A stretch of DNA of 64,000 bases from an uncultured Gammaproteobacteria bacterium (lineage in GTDB: Bacteria > Pseudomonadota > Gammaproteobacteria > UBA4575). Below the pieces are notes generated by a model. The model was not told the DNA's origin and ran no database searches. It was given only the letters and a program-made list of their open reading frames with translations. The stretch is taken from positions 3,033 to 67,032 of the forward strand of contig CAJQLY010000005.1 of the NCBI GenBank assembly GCA_905479295.1, written 5' to 3'. The translations under genes were made by a program, and so were the position numbers. Positions 47,539 to 62,845 of the stretch are shown piece by piece (the stretch's first letter is position 1; every line of letters begins with the position of its first letter).

Positions 47539-48239
47539 TATGACTTCGGCGTAGCTTTCTTTTGATGTACGACATTGTTGCGCAGATACACTGGTTGTGC
47601 CTGCTCAGGTTGCAATAGTGTGGTTTCTTGCCATTGCATAGCAGCTAATCGTGCAGTGATTGAGGCGCGTGGTAAGGCATTGGGATCGATCGCCTCTGGC
47701 TTGATAGCCGTTTTTGCCATCAAGGGCTCGGCGTAACTCTGCCAGCCCGTACCCATGCCATAATCAAAGTTAACTAGCTCTAGATTAAGCGCCTCAGCAG
47801 TGACCACCTGCTCTGTGCCAGATAATACTGGTACGCTATTCGGTGCCACTAAATAATGACCATAGTAAATCTCACCCATACGCGCATCGATGGCAGCAAA
47901 CACCTGCTGCTGTTCATTCTGGCCAGAAGTTGCTACTTGGGCAGCCAGGTTAGCCAGACTTGAAATACCCAACAATGGCAAATCATGGGCAAAGGCAATG
48001 CCTTGACTAACAGCAGTACAGATACGCACGCCAGTAAAGGCACCAGGGCCACAACCGAAGGCTACGCCATCTAATTGTGACAGACTGATTTGTGCTTCAG
48101 CCAAAACCTGCTCGGCCATCGGCAAGATTAATTCATTATGTTGCCTAGCAGCAATCTGATAGCGTTCCATTATCTCACCATCAACATAGACCGCTGCCGA
48201 GCAGGCTTCGGTACAAGTCTCAATAGCTAATAGTTTCAT
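47538..48239 (-). CDS. tsaB: tRNA threonylcarbamoyladenosine biosynthesis protein TsaB
   Basis: 233-aa ORF with a YeaZ-like N-terminus (LLAIETCTEACSAAV) and the motif GPGAFTGVRI. Confidence 0.9.
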   Translation of the reverse strand: MKLLAIETCTEACSAAVYVDGEIMERYQIAARQHNELILPMAEQVLAEAQISLSQLDGVAFGCGPGAFTGVRICTAVSQGIAFAHDLPLLGISSLANLAAQVATSGQNEQQQVFAAIDARMGEIYYGHYLVAPNSVPVLSGTEQVVTAEALNLELVNFDYGMGTGWQSYAEPLMAKTAIKPEAIDPNALPRASITARLAAMQWQETTLLQPEQAQPVYLRNNVVHQKKATPKS

Positions 48240-50161
48240 CGTGTCCGCTCACGTTGGATAGTCTCGAGAAAGTCGATCACAGGCCCAGGTTGATCACAGA
48301 CCGTCATCGCCGGCAGACTACTGACAAAAGATTTACCATAGCCTTTAGTTTTAATTCGAGGATCCATTAATACCACAACCCCGCGATCACGTTCACCACG
48401 AATCAAACGACCCACACCCTGCTTTAAATTCAAGATCGCTTGAGGAATCTGGAAGCTAGTGAATGGGTTTTCACCAGCCTCTTCAAGGGCACGTGATCGC
48501 GCTTGTATCAATGGGTCTGATGGCGACATAAAGGGTAGCTTATCAATGATCACTAAACACAGACCATCTCCTTTCACATCAACACCTTCCCAGAAGCTTT
48601 GCGTACCCAGTAGGACACTGCGTTTACGTGATTGGAACTCTTTTAATAACTCACGTTTAGCAGCCGTACCCTGTACCAAGATATCAAATTCAGTGTCATT
48701 CTTTAACAAGCTCGCAGCACGGTTTAAGGCGCGATGACTAGTAAAGAGGATAAAAGCATTGCCTTCGCTGGCTTGTAATAAAGGACGACTCAGCGCAATC
48801 ACTGCATCGGTATAGCCTTCATCGTTAGGTTGCATCGGTAACTGTGGCAGAAATAAGCGTGCCTGTTTCGGGTAATCAAAGGGACTATCGCAAAACACAC
48901 ATTCAGCATCTTCTAAGCCTAGTTGACGCGTAAAGTGCTGAAAGCTTTTGTTTGCAGTTAAAGTCGCCGAGGTATAGATCCAAGTACAATCATAGTCTTG
49001 AATCGCTCGTTGGAACGGCACAGAGACATCCAGCGGCACACTACCCAAACGAAAACGACGGCGACCAATCTCTAGCCATTGCACTGATTTTCGACTGATC
49101 TGTGAGAATTCATCCAGATTACCATTGATAGTTATCAGTCGCTTATAACACTGCGTCACACCAGGGCTATCACCTGCATGACTCATCAGCAGTTCTTCAA
49201 GCTCAAGACTCTTTTCTTGTAAGGTTTGGAAACTATCAGCGACCTTGGATTGATCTAAGACTTTAGACCATAGTACTTTGGGCTCACCTGCAAACTTTGC
49301 GACGGTGGCATAAAACTGCTCCATACATTCGAGTAAAGCGTAATAAGTTTTTGCTACTGCACCATTATCACCTGTCAGAGCTTTACCCTCTTTACTCAAG
49401 TCAGTCACTAAATCATGCAGTTGGCGGCTACTCATACCATTACCAAAAAAGTTTGGTAAGACATCCGTAAGTTGGTGTGCTTCATCCAGCACAAAGACAT
49501 CGGCAGTCGGTAATAACTCACCAAAACCTTCATCCTTCAATACCAGATCAGCACATAAGAGGTGATGATTGATCACCACTAGGTTCGCATCTTGCGCCCG
49601 TTTACGCGCCTTCAAGACATGACATTGCTTGAAGTCTGGGCAATCACCACCTAGGCAATTCTCCCGCGTTGAGGTCACTTGAGACCAAAGCATTGAGCGC
49701 TCGGTGACTTTATTTACCTCTGCAATATCACCGGTTTGTGTCAGCTTAGACCACTCACCAATCTCTAATAGATCGCGATAATCTCGCGCCGATTCTTCGG
49801 TTGTTTGCTGCACCTGTTTCAATCGATAAAGGCATAGGTAGTTAGCACGGCCTTTCAAAATAGCTGCGTCGACAGGGACTGGTAAGGCTTTTTGTAAGGC
49901 TGGCAGATCGGTATAGAACAATTGATCTTGTAAGTGTCGAGTACCCGTAGAAACCACAACCTTGAGGGCTGACAGTATTGCCGGAATAAGATAGGCAAAG
50001 GTCTTACCAACTCCGGTACCAGCTTCAACCACTAGGGTGCCATTATGGTCGATGGCCTCTTCTACAGCGCGCGCCATTTCCAGTTGTTGTGGCCTCTGCT
50101 TGAAGCCATTAACAGACCCAGCCAAACGCCCTTCTGGGGAGAAATATTCTTCTACTGACAT
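48236..50161 (-). CDS. yoaA: DinG/YoaA-family Fe-S ATP-dependent DNA helicase
   Basis: 641-aa ORF with Walker A (AGTGVGKT), a DEAH box (VLDEAHQL) and an Fe-S Cys cluster (NYLC...ENCLGGDCPDFKQC). Its size matches YoaA rather than the longer DinG. Confidence 0.85.
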   Translation of the reverse strand: MSVEEYFSPEGRLAGSVNGFKQRPQQLEMARAVEEAIDHNGTLVVEAGTGVGKTFAYLIPAILSALKVVVSTGTRHLQDQLFYTDLPALQKALPVPVDAAILKGRANYLCLYRLKQVQQTTEESARDYRDLLEIGEWSKLTQTGDIAEVNKVTERSMLWSQVTSTRENCLGGDCPDFKQCHVLKARKRAQDANLVVINHHLLCADLVLKDEGFGELLPTADVFVLDEAHQLTDVLPNFFGNGMSSRQLHDLVTDLSKEGKALTGDNGAVAKTYYALLECMEQFYATVAKFAGEPKVLWSKVLDQSKVADSFQTLQEKSLELEELLMSHAGDSPGVTQCYKRLITINGNLDEFSQISRKSVQWLEIGRRRFRLGSVPLDVSVPFQRAIQDYDCTWIYTSATLTANKSFQHFTRQLGLEDAECVFCDSPFDYPKQARLFLPQLPMQPNDEGYTDAVIALSRPLLQASEGNAFILFTSHRALNRAASLLKNDTEFDILVQGTAAKRELLKEFQSRKRSVLLGTQSFWEGVDVKGDGLCLVIIDKLPFMSPSDPLIQARSRALEEAGENPFTSFQIPQAILNLKQGVGRLIRGERDRGVVVLMDPRIKTKGYGKSFVSSLPAMTVCDQPGPVIDFLETIQRERTR

Positions 50162-50165
50162 TGTG

Positions 50166-50648
50166 CTAGATAGACTGCAAACAAGCGATAGCTAGTGCGG
50201 CTATGCCTTCTTCACGACCAGTAAACCCCATCTGCTCGGTGGTAGTCGATTTAATATTGACTGCATCTACTTCGATACCAAGGTCGGTACTAATATTCTG
50301 TCGCATTAAATCTGTATGTGGGCTCATTTTGGGTCTTTGCGCGACAATGGTGGCGTCGATATTACCGATACTATAACCAGCAGTTGCTAACATAGTAGCG
50401 ACTTCGCGCAGAAACTCTCTAGAATCACGGTTCTTATGCGCTGCATCTTGATCTGAAAAATGACGACCAATATCACCTAATGCAGCAGCACCTAACAGTG
50501 CATCACAGATCGCATGCAACAATACATCACCATCAGAGTGTGCTTGTAAGGCTTGATCATGTGGGATGCTCACGCCACCTAGAACGACCCGATCACCAGC
50601 ACAAAAACGGTGGGCATCTAACCCCTGTCCTACTCGCATTCCCATCAC
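50166..50648 (-). CDS. ispF: 2-C-methyl-D-erythritol 2,4-cyclodiphosphate synthase
   Basis: 160-aa ORF with the motifs GLDAHRF and HSDGDV. It has a 4-nt overlap with ispD. The true start may be the internal Met at 50639. Confidence 0.95.
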   Translation of the reverse strand: MMGMRVGQGLDAHRFCAGDRVVLGGVSIPHDQALQAHSDGDVLLHAICDALLGAAALGDIGRHFSDQDAAHKNRDSREFLREVATMLATAGYSIGNIDATIVAQRPKMSPHTDLMRQNISTDLGIEVDAVNIKSTTTEQMGFTGREEGIAALAIACLQSI

Positions 50649-51343
50649 TCCAAAGACAGCAAAGATTCAGCAATGCTAACATCCTGCTGTCGCGTAATCT
50701 TAATATTACTAGCATCAGCTTCAACGATATTTACCGACAGACCGGCTCGTTCTACAGCACTGGCTTCATCAGTAATTTCATAATTGACCTTGAGTGCTTC
50801 AGTTACGGCATCGAACAGAACACCAAAACGAAACATCTGTGGGGTAACTGCACGCCATAACATAGTGCGATCGACAGTCTCAACAATCTTATGGTCTGTT
50901 ACCCGCTTGACCGTGTCATTCATTGGCAGCGCTAAGATAGCACCTACGGCTTCATCTTCGCAGGCCGCTAATAAATCATCAATTTCTGCTGCGCGCAGAC
51001 AGGGTCTGGCAGCATCATGCACTAAAACAAAGTCATTTTGCTTAGCCTTACCTTGTAAAAACTTTAAGGCATTAAGGACTGACTCAGCGCGACTGTTGCC
51101 ACCATCCACACAATCTAACTGGGTGCCATGTCTGGCTATTTTAAGCCCTGCAAAATAACTATCGTTAGGTGCTAGCACGATAACCACAGTATGTAATTTA
51201 GGATGTAGGAATAAGGGCCGTAAAGCGTGTTGCAATACAGTTGCACCAGCTAAAGACGTATATTGCTTAGGAATTTCTGAAGCAAAGCGCGTACCACTAC
51301 CGGCCGCAGGGACTATTACCCAATAACGCGCTGCTGTATTCAT
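50645..51343 (-). CDS. ispD: 2-C-methyl-D-erythritol 4-phosphate cytidylyltransferase
   Basis: 232-aa ORF with the N-terminus [12 protein letters not shown] and the motif VHDAARP. Confidence 0.95.
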   Translation of the reverse strand: MNTAARYWVIVPAAGSGTRFASEIPKQYTSLAGATVLQHALRPLFLHPKLHTVVIVLAPNDSYFAGLKIARHGTQLDCVDGGNSRAESVLNALKFLQGKAKQNDFVLVHDAARPCLRAAEIDDLLAACEDEAVGAILALPMNDTVKRVTDHKIVETVDRTMLWRAVTPQMFRFGVLFDAVTEALKVNYEITDEASAVERAGLSVNIVEADASNIKITRQQDVSIAESLLSLE

Positions 51344-51621
51344 TCTTGTTCTTTTTCTATGACTTGAAAGAAGGTCTCACCTTTACGGATCATGCCAAGC
51401 TCAGAACGGGCACGCTCTTCAATCGCATCATTGCCTGACTTCAGATCTTGCACTTCGGCTGCTAGCACTTGATTACGTACTGCCAAAACACTATTTTTTT
51501 CCTGCTGCACCTGCATATCCTGCTTCAATTGTATGACCGCGCGCATACCATCAGGAGCGATCCATAGTTGGTACTGTAAGATTACCAACACAATCAGCAG
51601 GAACAGCAGGAAGATTCGCAT
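51340..51621 (-). CDS. ftsB: Cell division protein FtsB
   Basis: 93-aa ORF with an N-terminal TM segment followed by a coiled-coil. It lies between eno and ispD. Confidence 0.88.
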   Translation of the reverse strand: MRIFLLFLLIVLVILQYQLWIAPDGMRAVIQLKQDMQVQQEKNSVLAVRNQVLAAEVQDLKSGNDAIEERARSELGMIRKGETFFQVIEKEQE

Positions 51622-51643
51622 CAGCCCAGCCGTTCGCTTACGA

Positions 51644-52939
<1,296 letters not shown>

Positions 52940-52957
52940 TTAATTCGCGTGACCTTT

Positions 52958-55485
<2,528 letters not shown>

Positions 55486-55544
55486 TTAAAATTCCTAAAT
55501 GCAGGATGGGATCATAGGGTACCAAAGCAGGCCCCAAGGCTCAA

Positions 55545-56900
55545 TTAATATCCGTCGCTAATCGCTATATTCCAGACACAAATCAGCTCATCTTGATAAA
55601 AAATCAAGGGAATACGATCTCGCAGCCAAGGTGGTAGCCCAAACTCTTGGAATACGCCCTTCAGGTCTTTACTGCAGGCTCTTTTGCTCACTCTGATAGA
55701 TTCACCGCCGGAGCGAAAGCGCACCTGCACCTGGGTGACCTGAGGAAGTTTCAGCCCTTGCTGGGATAAATCAGCCGATGTCAGCACTATTCCCAATGAT
55801 GGTAAATTTAAATCCTGCTGTAGATTCCAGCTCAGACATTGACTGGCATCATGCTCAGCCAAAGGCGTTTGCAGATATAACTGTTGTCGATAACGCCGAA
55901 TCTCGGCCTCACCCCATTGCACACGAGGACTCGTCTCGCTGCCACTGCTTAGTACCGCTGTGCGAATCTGCTCAAGCACTGCCGCTGAAGGCAAGACAAA
56001 GCCCTTACTACTAATCCAATAACGTAGCACATTGCGCTGCCGTACCGGGCTCAATGCCAATAACTGATTACAATCTAAGGTGCTAACCGGTGAGCCCAAG
56101 CTGCCATAAGTCGACACTACATCCAAATCTAGCTGCATTAAATCACTAGCAGCCAAATCAGCCAGTAATTGGCTTTGTTCCGACTGCCATGCAATCGAAC
56201 GCGATATCGTAGTATTTAATTGCGGCCAGCGTACGGCCAGCTGTGGGACCACTTGATGCCGTAGATAATTACGGTCAAACACTAGGCTTTGATTACTCGG
56301 GTCGTCGATCCAGCTCAGTTGATGCTGTTCTGCATACTGCTGTAATTGTTGCCGTGAGATATCCAATAAAGGCCGAATTAACTGACCTTGTCCCAAGGGC
56401 CGTTGTGGCGCACAGGCAGCTAGACCCGAGGCCCCACTGCCACGCATTAAGGCGAGTAACATGGTTTCTACTTGATCATCAGCATGATGTGCTGTCAGCA
56501 GCCATTCGTTCCGTCCTAAGTTTTCGCTGAAGGCCTGATAGCGTGCGGCGCGCGCGGCACCCTCAATCCCTAAATCTTGAAATGCTTCAGTAGCAACCCG
56601 AATCGCTTGAAAGCTGACAGCATGATCTTGACAAAACCGACGACAGTGCGCCTGCCAATCATCAGCACCATCTTGCAATTGATGATTGATATGCAGTGCA
56701 CGTAAAGGCCTATCGGTTACCTGTTGCACCAGGGCATGGAGTAATACAGTGGAATCTAGGCCACCACTGAAGGCAACGCATAGAGGGGATTGTTGATCGA
56801 CACTTAGAATGGTTTCCAAGTCTTGAACGATCTTATTTTGCGAATCACTCATGTTGGCATCCGAGCTAACATGCGCAACACTGCTGTGGCCTTTGGCCAC
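55545..56900 (-). CDS. tilS: tRNA(Ile)-lysidine synthase
   Basis: 451-aa ORF with the PP-loop SGGLDS, downstream of accA. An alternative start at Met-17 (56852) is possible. Confidence 0.9.
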   Translation of the reverse strand: MAKGHSSVAHVSSDANMSDSQNKIVQDLETILSVDQQSPLCVAFSGGLDSTVLLHALVQQVTDRPLRALHINHQLQDGADDWQAHCRRFCQDHAVSFQAIRVATEAFQDLGIEGAARAARYQAFSENLGRNEWLLTAHHADDQVETMLLALMRGSGASGLAACAPQRPLGQGQLIRPLLDISRQQLQQYAEQHQLSWIDDPSNQSLVFDRNYLRHQVVPQLAVRWPQLNTTISRSIAWQSEQSQLLADLAASDLMQLDLDVVSTYGSLGSPVSTLDCNQLLALSPVRQRNVLRYWISSKGFVLPSAAVLEQIRTAVLSSGSETSPRVQWGEAEIRRYRQQLYLQTPLAEHDASQCLSWNLQQDLNLPSLGIVLTSADLSQQGLKLPQVTQVQVRFRSGGESIRVSKRACSKDLKGVFQEFGLPPWLRDRIPLIFYQDELICVWNIAISDGY

Positions 56901-56915
56901 AGCAGAATCATTCGC

Positions 56916-57872
56916 TTACTTCTTGAAGGCACCGTAGCTTGTCAATCGCTCATAGCGCTTCGCTAACATTTGATTGACCTCTAACTTCGCCATCCGCTCG
57001 AGGTTTGCACTGATCGAAACACGTATGGTTTCACAGGTCTGTCCCAAGTTACGGTGCGCACCAGTCTGTGGCTCTGCAATAATTTCGTCAATCAAGCCTA
57101 ACTCCATTAACCGATCAGCAGTAATACCCAAAGTGGTTGCTGCTTCTTCTGCCTTATCTGCACTCTTCCACAGGATAGAGGCACAGCCTTCTGGTGAGAT
57201 CACTGAATAGGTGCTGTAACTAAGCATAGCGAGATGGTCACCAACACCAATAGCCAATGCTCCACCAGAGCCACCTTCCCCAATCACATGACATATAATC
57301 GGCGTTCTTAATCGTGCCATCTCATATAAATTCTGTGCGATCGCCTGTGCTTGGCCACGCTCTTCGGCACCGACACCTGGGTAGGCACCCGGAGTATCAA
57401 TAAAGGTAATCACTGGTAGCTGAAATTTTTCAGCCATCTTCATCACACGCAAGGCCTTACGGTAACCTTCAGGTCTTGGCATACCAAAATTACGCTCTAG
57501 ATTTTCTTTTGTATTACGTCCTTTTTGATGCCCAATAACCACTACTGAGCGCCCTTCAAAACGAGCCAATCCAGTAATGATAGCGGAGTCATCCGCATAG
57601 GCTCGATCGCCATGCAGCTCTTCAAAATCGGTAAACAGATGCTCGACATAATCAAGGGTATAAGGTCGACGTGGATGACGTGCGATCTGTGCCACTTGCC
57701 ATGGCGTGAGGTCACCGTAAATAGAGTCACTCAAGACCTTACGTCGAGCGCTTAATTTCGCAATCTCACTACTGAGTTCAACTTCACTGTCTTGTTCTAC
57801 ACGACGTAATTCATCGATCTTTGCTTCAATTTCAAAGATCGGCTGCTCAAATTCTAAATGATCAATCATCAT
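56916..57872 (-). CDS. accA: Acetyl-CoA carboxylase carboxyltransferase subunit alpha
   Basis: 318-aa ORF. The N-terminus [18 protein letters not shown] parallels E. coli AccA, and the motif [10 protein letters not shown] is present. Confidence 0.97.
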   Translation of the reverse strand: MMIDHLEFEQPIFEIEAKIDELRRVEQDSEVELSSEIAKLSARRKVLSDSIYGDLTPWQVAQIARHPRRPYTLDYVEHLFTDFEELHGDRAYADDSAIITGLARFEGRSVVVIGHQKGRNTKENLERNFGMPRPEGYRKALRVMKMAEKFQLPVITFIDTPGAYPGVGAEERGQAQAIAQNLYEMARLRTPIICHVIGEGGSGGALAIGVGDHLAMLSYSTYSVISPEGCASILWKSADKAEEAATTLGITADRLMELGLIDEIIAEPQTGAHRNLGQTCETIRVSISANLERMAKLEVNQMLAKRYERLTSYGAFKK

Positions 57873-57959
57873 ATCTTGTTCGGTCTATTTTCTTGGCCAA
57901 TCATGGCCTTAGGGGCGTAAACACATAGTATAACGCATGTTAAAACAATAAGAGGCGGT

Positions 57960-60900
57960 TTAATAACGGACTTTTATACCAGTTACACCTTCTAGGTTAT
58001 TTAGGCGCCGCAATAACTCTTGCTCTGGGATCACCTTCCACTGCTCTCCAAGACGTAAATTGCCCTGTTCACTGTCGGTCTGATACTGGATTTCCATATG
58101 GCATTGACCGCCGCGGTATTGTTGCAGTGTCGCCATCAGCTCCTTGGCCAAAGCACTTTTACGCTCTGCTGTGACCGTGCCATCCACCTCTACAACAAGG
58201 CCACGAGCCTTCTCTACTCGCACCTCTTCTAGGGCAACTATCTCATTTGCACGTAATCGTGGCTGACTATTGAACTCATCAATACTCAATCCCCCTTCAA
58301 TGATCAGTATCCGGTCTTTTACCAACAGATGCTTAAATCGACTATAGGCATCAGTGAATACTGCAACATCCAAACGCGCAGTGTTGTCATCGATCGTCAA
58401 AAACGCAATACGTCCAGAGGGGCTGTTACGCAGGCGCATATGCATCAATAGACCAGCAACCTTAATCGTATTTTTATTCCGATTACGGTAATCCACTTCA
58501 GGCACTGGCATAGCGAGGCGCTGACGCAAATTTTTACCGACAATGCTGCTTAATTCTTGGCGGTATTGGTCGACTGGATGTCCCGTCAAATAAAGCCCTA
58601 AAGTTTCGCGCTCGGCTGCCAGCTTGGCATCCATATCCCATTCAGGCTTCTGCTCTAGCAAGGCTTCTTTAGCCATGACTTGGCCACCACCAAATAAATC
58701 ATTTTGGCCAGTATCATTATTTTTTTGTTGTTGATCAGCCAACTGCACTGCCTTGGGTAAGGCATGCATCAAGGTTGCGCGATTCTGCATAAAGACATCC
58801 GCAGCACCCGACCGAATCATCGCTTCTAAACTACGGCGATTGAACTTTTGTAGATCTAAGCGTATGCACAGATCGCTAAGGGTTTTATAAGGCCCAGCAG
58901 CACGCTCTTGCACTAGTGATTCTACTGCAGCCTCACCAACACCTTTAATTGCACCGAGACCATAGACTACTTGATGTTCTTCAGTCACGGTAAAGGCGTA
59001 GTATGAGCTATTGAGATTTGGTGGCATGATCTCCAGCCCCATCGTGCGGCATTCATCGATCAGATTGACCACCTTATCGGTGTTATCCATATCAGCAGAT
59101 AATACCGAGGCCATAAACTCTGCTGGATAGTGTGCCTTTAACCAAGCTGTCTGGTAGGCCAGTAAGGCATAGGCGACAGAGTGTGACTTGTTAAAACCGT
59201 AGCCTGCAAACTTCTCCATTAGATCGAATATATAGTTGGCTTTAGCTTCATCCACTCCACGCTCAGTTGAGCCTTCAACAAAGATACTGCGTTGCTTGGC
59301 CATTTCAGAGGCCTTTTTCTTACCCATCGCACGTCGTAACAGATCAGCACCACCCAGTGTGTAGCCGGCCAATACCTGTGCAATCTGCATCACTTGCTCT
59401 TGATACAAAATAACGCCATAGGTTTGATTTAGGATCGGCTCCAAATCAGGATGCGGATATTCAATCGCAGCACCATGCTTACGATCGATGAAGTCATCGA
59501 CCATGCCAGACTGCAATGGTCCTGGGCGATAAAGTGCAACCATTGCAACTACATCGTCAAATTTATCTGGCTTCAAACGACCTAGAATATCTTTGATACC
59601 TGAAGACTCAAGCTGAAATACGGCGGTTGTTTGTTGGTCTTGCAATAACTGATAGCTGGCATCGTCATCTAGTGGAATCTGATTAAGCTTTAGCAGCTCT
59701 GCCTTTTCTTTCTTTCGCCGACGATTAATTGACTTCACGGTGCCATCGATAATCGTTAAGGTTCTAAGACCCAAGAAATCAAACTTCACTAAGCCAATAG
59801 CTTCAACATCATCCTTATCCAGCTGGGTAACAATATTGGCACCGCCCACCTCACAATATAGCGGTGTAAAATCAGTTAGCTTAGAAGGCGCAATAACTAC
59901 ACCACCAGCATGTTTACCAGCATTCCTGGCGATACCTTCGAGCTGCAAGGCCATATCAATTAAACTGCGTACTTCCTCTTCTTCGTCGTATAAGGCTTGA
60001 AAATCTTTCTCTTGCCCTAAGGCTTTTTTTAAAGTCATGCCGATTTCAAATGGCACCATCTTTGCTATTCGATCAACAAAGCCATAGGAGTGACCCAAGA
60101 CACGACCAACATCACGCACTACCGCCTTTGCCGCCATCGTGCCATAAGTAATAATCTGACTAACCTTTTCACGACCATAGCGTTTAGCCACATACTCGAT
60201 CACACGATCACGCCCAGCCATACAGAAATCGATATCAAAATCTGGCATGGAGACCCGTTCAGGATTCAAGAAACGTTCAAACAGCAAGTCATAGCGTAAA
60301 GGATCGATATCTGTGATGCCCAACACATAAGCAACTAAAGACCCAGCACCCGAACCACGCCCTGGCCCTACAGGTACATCATTCTCACGTGCCCACCGCG
60401 TAAAGTCCGATACGATAAGAAAGTAGCCGGCATAGCCCATACGTTGAATAACATCCAACTCAATCTCTAATCGCTTATGGTAATCAGATAACGGTAAGAT
60501 CTCGGTTGCAATACCGCCGGCACCTAGCCGCTCATGCAAACCTGCATCTGATTGCAAACGGAGATATTCATCTATAGATACCGCATCAGGAATTGGAAAT
60601 TCTGGTAAAAAATTATTTCCAAACTCGAGTGTGACGTTACAACGCTTGGCGATCTCAACTGTATTTTGCAATGCTGACGGCACATCACTAAACAGCTGCG
60701 ACATCTCCTCTGCTGAACGCAGATATTGTTGTTCGCTATAGTCATGTGTGCGTCTAGGATCGGATAAAACACGACTTTGGTTAATACATACGCGCACTTC
60801 ATGCGCATCAAATTCTTCTGCACTAATAAAACGTACATCATTGGTTGCAACCACAGGCATATTACGAGCCTTAGCTAAGACCAAGGCTCGTTGATTATAT

Positions 60901-61433
60901 GTCTCTTCGTTTTCTCGATCCGTACGTTGTAATTCAATATAAAACCGACCATCAAACACTTTAGCCCAGTTATTAAGATAGGCATCTGTAAGTTCTTGCT
61001 TATCTTTAAGTAACAGTTGCCCAAGCTCGCCTGCCACACCACCTGATAAAGCAATCAAGCCTTCTGCATGCTCTTCAATCCATTCTTGATCGATACAGGC
61101 TAAGCCGCTTTGTTGGCCATCGGTGTAGGCCTTAGTAATTAGTTCAGTAATATTGCGATAACCAATATTATTCATGCACAGCAAGGTTAGGCGTGAAGTT
61201 TCACGCTGCTGTGTATGGCGCACGTAGAAGTCGGCACCAATGATTGGTTTCACACCACGTGCCATTGCTGCTCGATAAAACTTCACTAATGCAAATAGAT
61301 TAGTTTGATCAGTTAAGGCGACTGCCGGCATCGCATCAGCCACCACCCTATCTAACAAGGAAGGAATACGTACGATGCCATCAACGATTGAATATTCGCT
61401 ATGCACTCGCAGATGAATAAAATTAGCAGCCAT
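57960..61433 (-). CDS. dnaE: DNA polymerase III subunit alpha
   Basis: 1157-aa ORF with a PHP N-terminus (FIHLRVHSEYS) and the polymerase core motifs PDFDIDF and GLLKFDFLGL. Confidence 0.98.
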   Translation of the reverse strand: MAANFIHLRVHSEYSIVDGIVRIPSLLDRVVADAMPAVALTDQTNLFALVKFYRAAMARGVKPIIGADFYVRHTQQRETSRLTLLCMNNIGYRNITELITKAYTDGQQSGLACIDQEWIEEHAEGLIALSGGVAGELGQLLLKDKQELTDAYLNNWAKVFDGRFYIELQRTDRENEETYNQRALVLAKARNMPVVATNDVRFISAEEFDAHEVRVCINQSRVLSDPRRTHDYSEQQYLRSAEEMSQLFSDVPSALQNTVEIAKRCNVTLEFGNNFLPEFPIPDAVSIDEYLRLQSDAGLHERLGAGGIATEILPLSDYHKRLEIELDVIQRMGYAGYFLIVSDFTRWARENDVPVGPGRGSGAGSLVAYVLGITDIDPLRYDLLFERFLNPERVSMPDFDIDFCMAGRDRVIEYVAKRYGREKVSQIITYGTMAAKAVVRDVGRVLGHSYGFVDRIAKMVPFEIGMTLKKALGQEKDFQALYDEEEEVRSLIDMALQLEGIARNAGKHAGGVVIAPSKLTDFTPLYCEVGGANIVTQLDKDDVEAIGLVKFDFLGLRTLTIIDGTVKSINRRRKKEKAELLKLNQIPLDDDASYQLLQDQQTTAVFQLESSGIKDILGRLKPDKFDDVVAMVALYRPGPLQSGMVDDFIDRKHGAAIEYPHPDLEPILNQTYGVILYQEQVMQIAQVLAGYTLGGADLLRRAMGKKKASEMAKQRSIFVEGSTERGVDEAKANYIFDLMEKFAGYGFNKSHSVAYALLAYQTAWLKAHYPAEFMASVLSADMDNTDKVVNLIDECRTMGLEIMPPNLNSSYYAFTVTEEHQVVYGLGAIKGVGEAAVESLVQERAAGPYKTLSDLCIRLDLQKFNRRSLEAMIRSGAADVFMQNRATLMHALPKAVQLADQQQKNNDTGQNDLFGGGQVMAKEALLEQKPEWDMDAKLAAERETLGLYLTGHPVDQYRQELSSIVGKNLRQRLAMPVPEVDYRNRNKNTIKVAGLLMHMRLRNSPSGRIAFLTIDDNTARLDVAVFTDAYSRFKHLLVKDRILIIEGGLSIDEFNSQPRLRANEIVALEEVRVEKARGLVVEVDGTVTAERKSALAKELMATLQQYRGGQCHMEIQYQTDSEQGNLRLGEQWKVIPEQELLRRLNNLEGVTGIKVRY

Positions 61434-62068
61434 TAAATGTCCTCGGCCCTATTCCCTGACAAACACTCACGTACCGGACGAAAACTAGTCCGATGATGAC
61501 TACAAGGGCCATGCTGCTGTAATGCACTTAAGTGCTTAGCGCTGGGATAGCCCTTATGTTGTGCAAAACCATACTCAGGGAAATCATGATGCAGATCATG
61601 CATTTCTTGATCGCGTGCGACTTTAGCTAGAATAGAGGCCGCCGCAATCGCTTTCACACGCTGATCACCCTTCACCACAGCATACGAGAGAACACCAAAA
61701 TCAGGGCTAAAATTACCATCAACTAATACTAATTTAACACTCCGCCCAAGCCCAGAAAAAGCCCGTTGCATAGCAAGCAAGCTGGCATTCAAGATATTCA
61801 AATCATCAATCTCAGCAACCTCAGCACGGCCTAAGGCCCACGCTTGTGCATGAGTTTTAATATAAGCAGACAAGCCCTCACGTTTACTCTCACTGAGCTT
61901 TTTTGAATCATTCACTTCAGACCAATCAGGGCCATCACCCAAAATAACTGCTGCGGCAATAACAGGGCCCGCAAGCGGACCACGCCCTGCTTCATCTATG
62001 CCGGCACAGGTAAGTAAGGAGACTTCAAGGTCTTCAGGGTCAATCTGCTTGTTATGTCTTTGCATCAC
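61433..62068 (-). CDS. rnhB: Ribonuclease HII
   Basis: 211-aa ORF with the motif GIDEAGRGPLAGPV. It has a 1-nt overlap with dnaE. Confidence 0.95.
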   Translation of the reverse strand: MMQRHNKQIDPEDLEVSLLTCAGIDEAGRGPLAGPVIAAAVILGDGPDWSEVNDSKKLSESKREGLSAYIKTHAQAWALGRAEVAEIDDLNILNASLLAMQRAFSGLGRSVKLVLVDGNFSPDFGVLSYAVVKGDQRVKAIAAASILAKVARDQEMHDLHHDFPEYGFAQHKGYPSAKHLSALQQHGPCSHHRTSFRPVRECLSGNRAEDI

Positions 62069-62248
62069 TAATATGGGCTGCGGCTTAATGCCGTTCTTGT
62101 CAGATTGGAATAGCTTTTTTATAACATAGATTGACCATCGTCATGACAGCAAATCAACGGCACCCCAAATCATAGTCGTCAACTATGACCTAGTCTCATA
62201 GAGAGAGCCGGCTTGGCAGTGCGATTGCAGCCAAGGAATTTTCTACCC

Positions 62249-62274
62249 GTTAACAGGCTGATCCAGCTGTTAAC
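62249..62274 (-). terminator. Hairpin 20 nt downstream of fabZ (weak terminator candidate)
   Basis: Stem GTTAACAG(G)CTG and CAGCTGTTAAC around the loop atc, giving 11 bp with one bulge. There is no U-tract on the minus strand. Confidence 0.3.
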
Positions 62275-62293
62275 TTTGAACTAGGCGACTCTA

Positions 62294-62743
62294 TTAGTCG
62301 TCTAGTTCTTTAAACATACATTTTAACTGTCCGCTGGCCGCCAATTCATCATCGACATAAGCCGCACATTCAAACAGGCCTAGATTACGCTTCATTCGTG
62401 AGATACGAGACTTTAGAACCAGTTGGTCACCCGGTACCACTGGGCGCTTAAAGCGAACATCATCAACGCCAACAAATAGGAATAAGCTTTTTTTCTCAGG
62501 TCGTAAAGCCGGATCACTCAGGACTAAGACACCTGAGGCCTGTGCTAAGGCTTCAAGAATGAGTACACCTGGAAAGACTGGAGTCCCTGGAAAGTGTCCA
62601 GTGAAAAAGGGTTCATTAATGCTGACATTTTTCTTAGCAATAATTGAATCACCATGATTACACTCAATAACGCCATCCAATAAAAGAAATGGATACCGAT
62701 GTGGCAAGCAATCCATTATTTCTTGAACTGACATAACACTCAT
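62294..62743 (-). CDS. fabZ: 3-hydroxyacyl-ACP dehydratase FabZ
   Basis: 149-aa ORF with the motifs LPHRYPFLLLD and FFTGHFPG. Confidence 0.95.
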   Translation of the reverse strand: MSVMSVQEIMDCLPHRYPFLLLDGVIECNHGDSIIAKKNVSINEPFFTGHFPGTPVFPGVLILEALAQASGVLVLSDPALRPEKKSLFLFVGVDDVRFKRPVVPGDQLVLKSRISRMKRNLGLFECAAYVDDELAASGQLKCMFKELDD

Positions 62744-62812
62744 TTCTCACTCCAAGTAGTAAGTACGATCCGTTTACTTTTATTCTTCATAGTCAAACCC
62801 ATCTGTACTTAC

Positions 62813-62845
62813 AAAAAGCGGCTCAACGGTAACCCGCACAGCCGC
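62813..62845 (-). terminator. Candidate intrinsic terminator after skp
   Basis: The minus strand reads GCGGCT, a 16-nt loop, AGCCGC, then TTTTT. It lies about 24 nt after the skp stop. Confidence 0.4.
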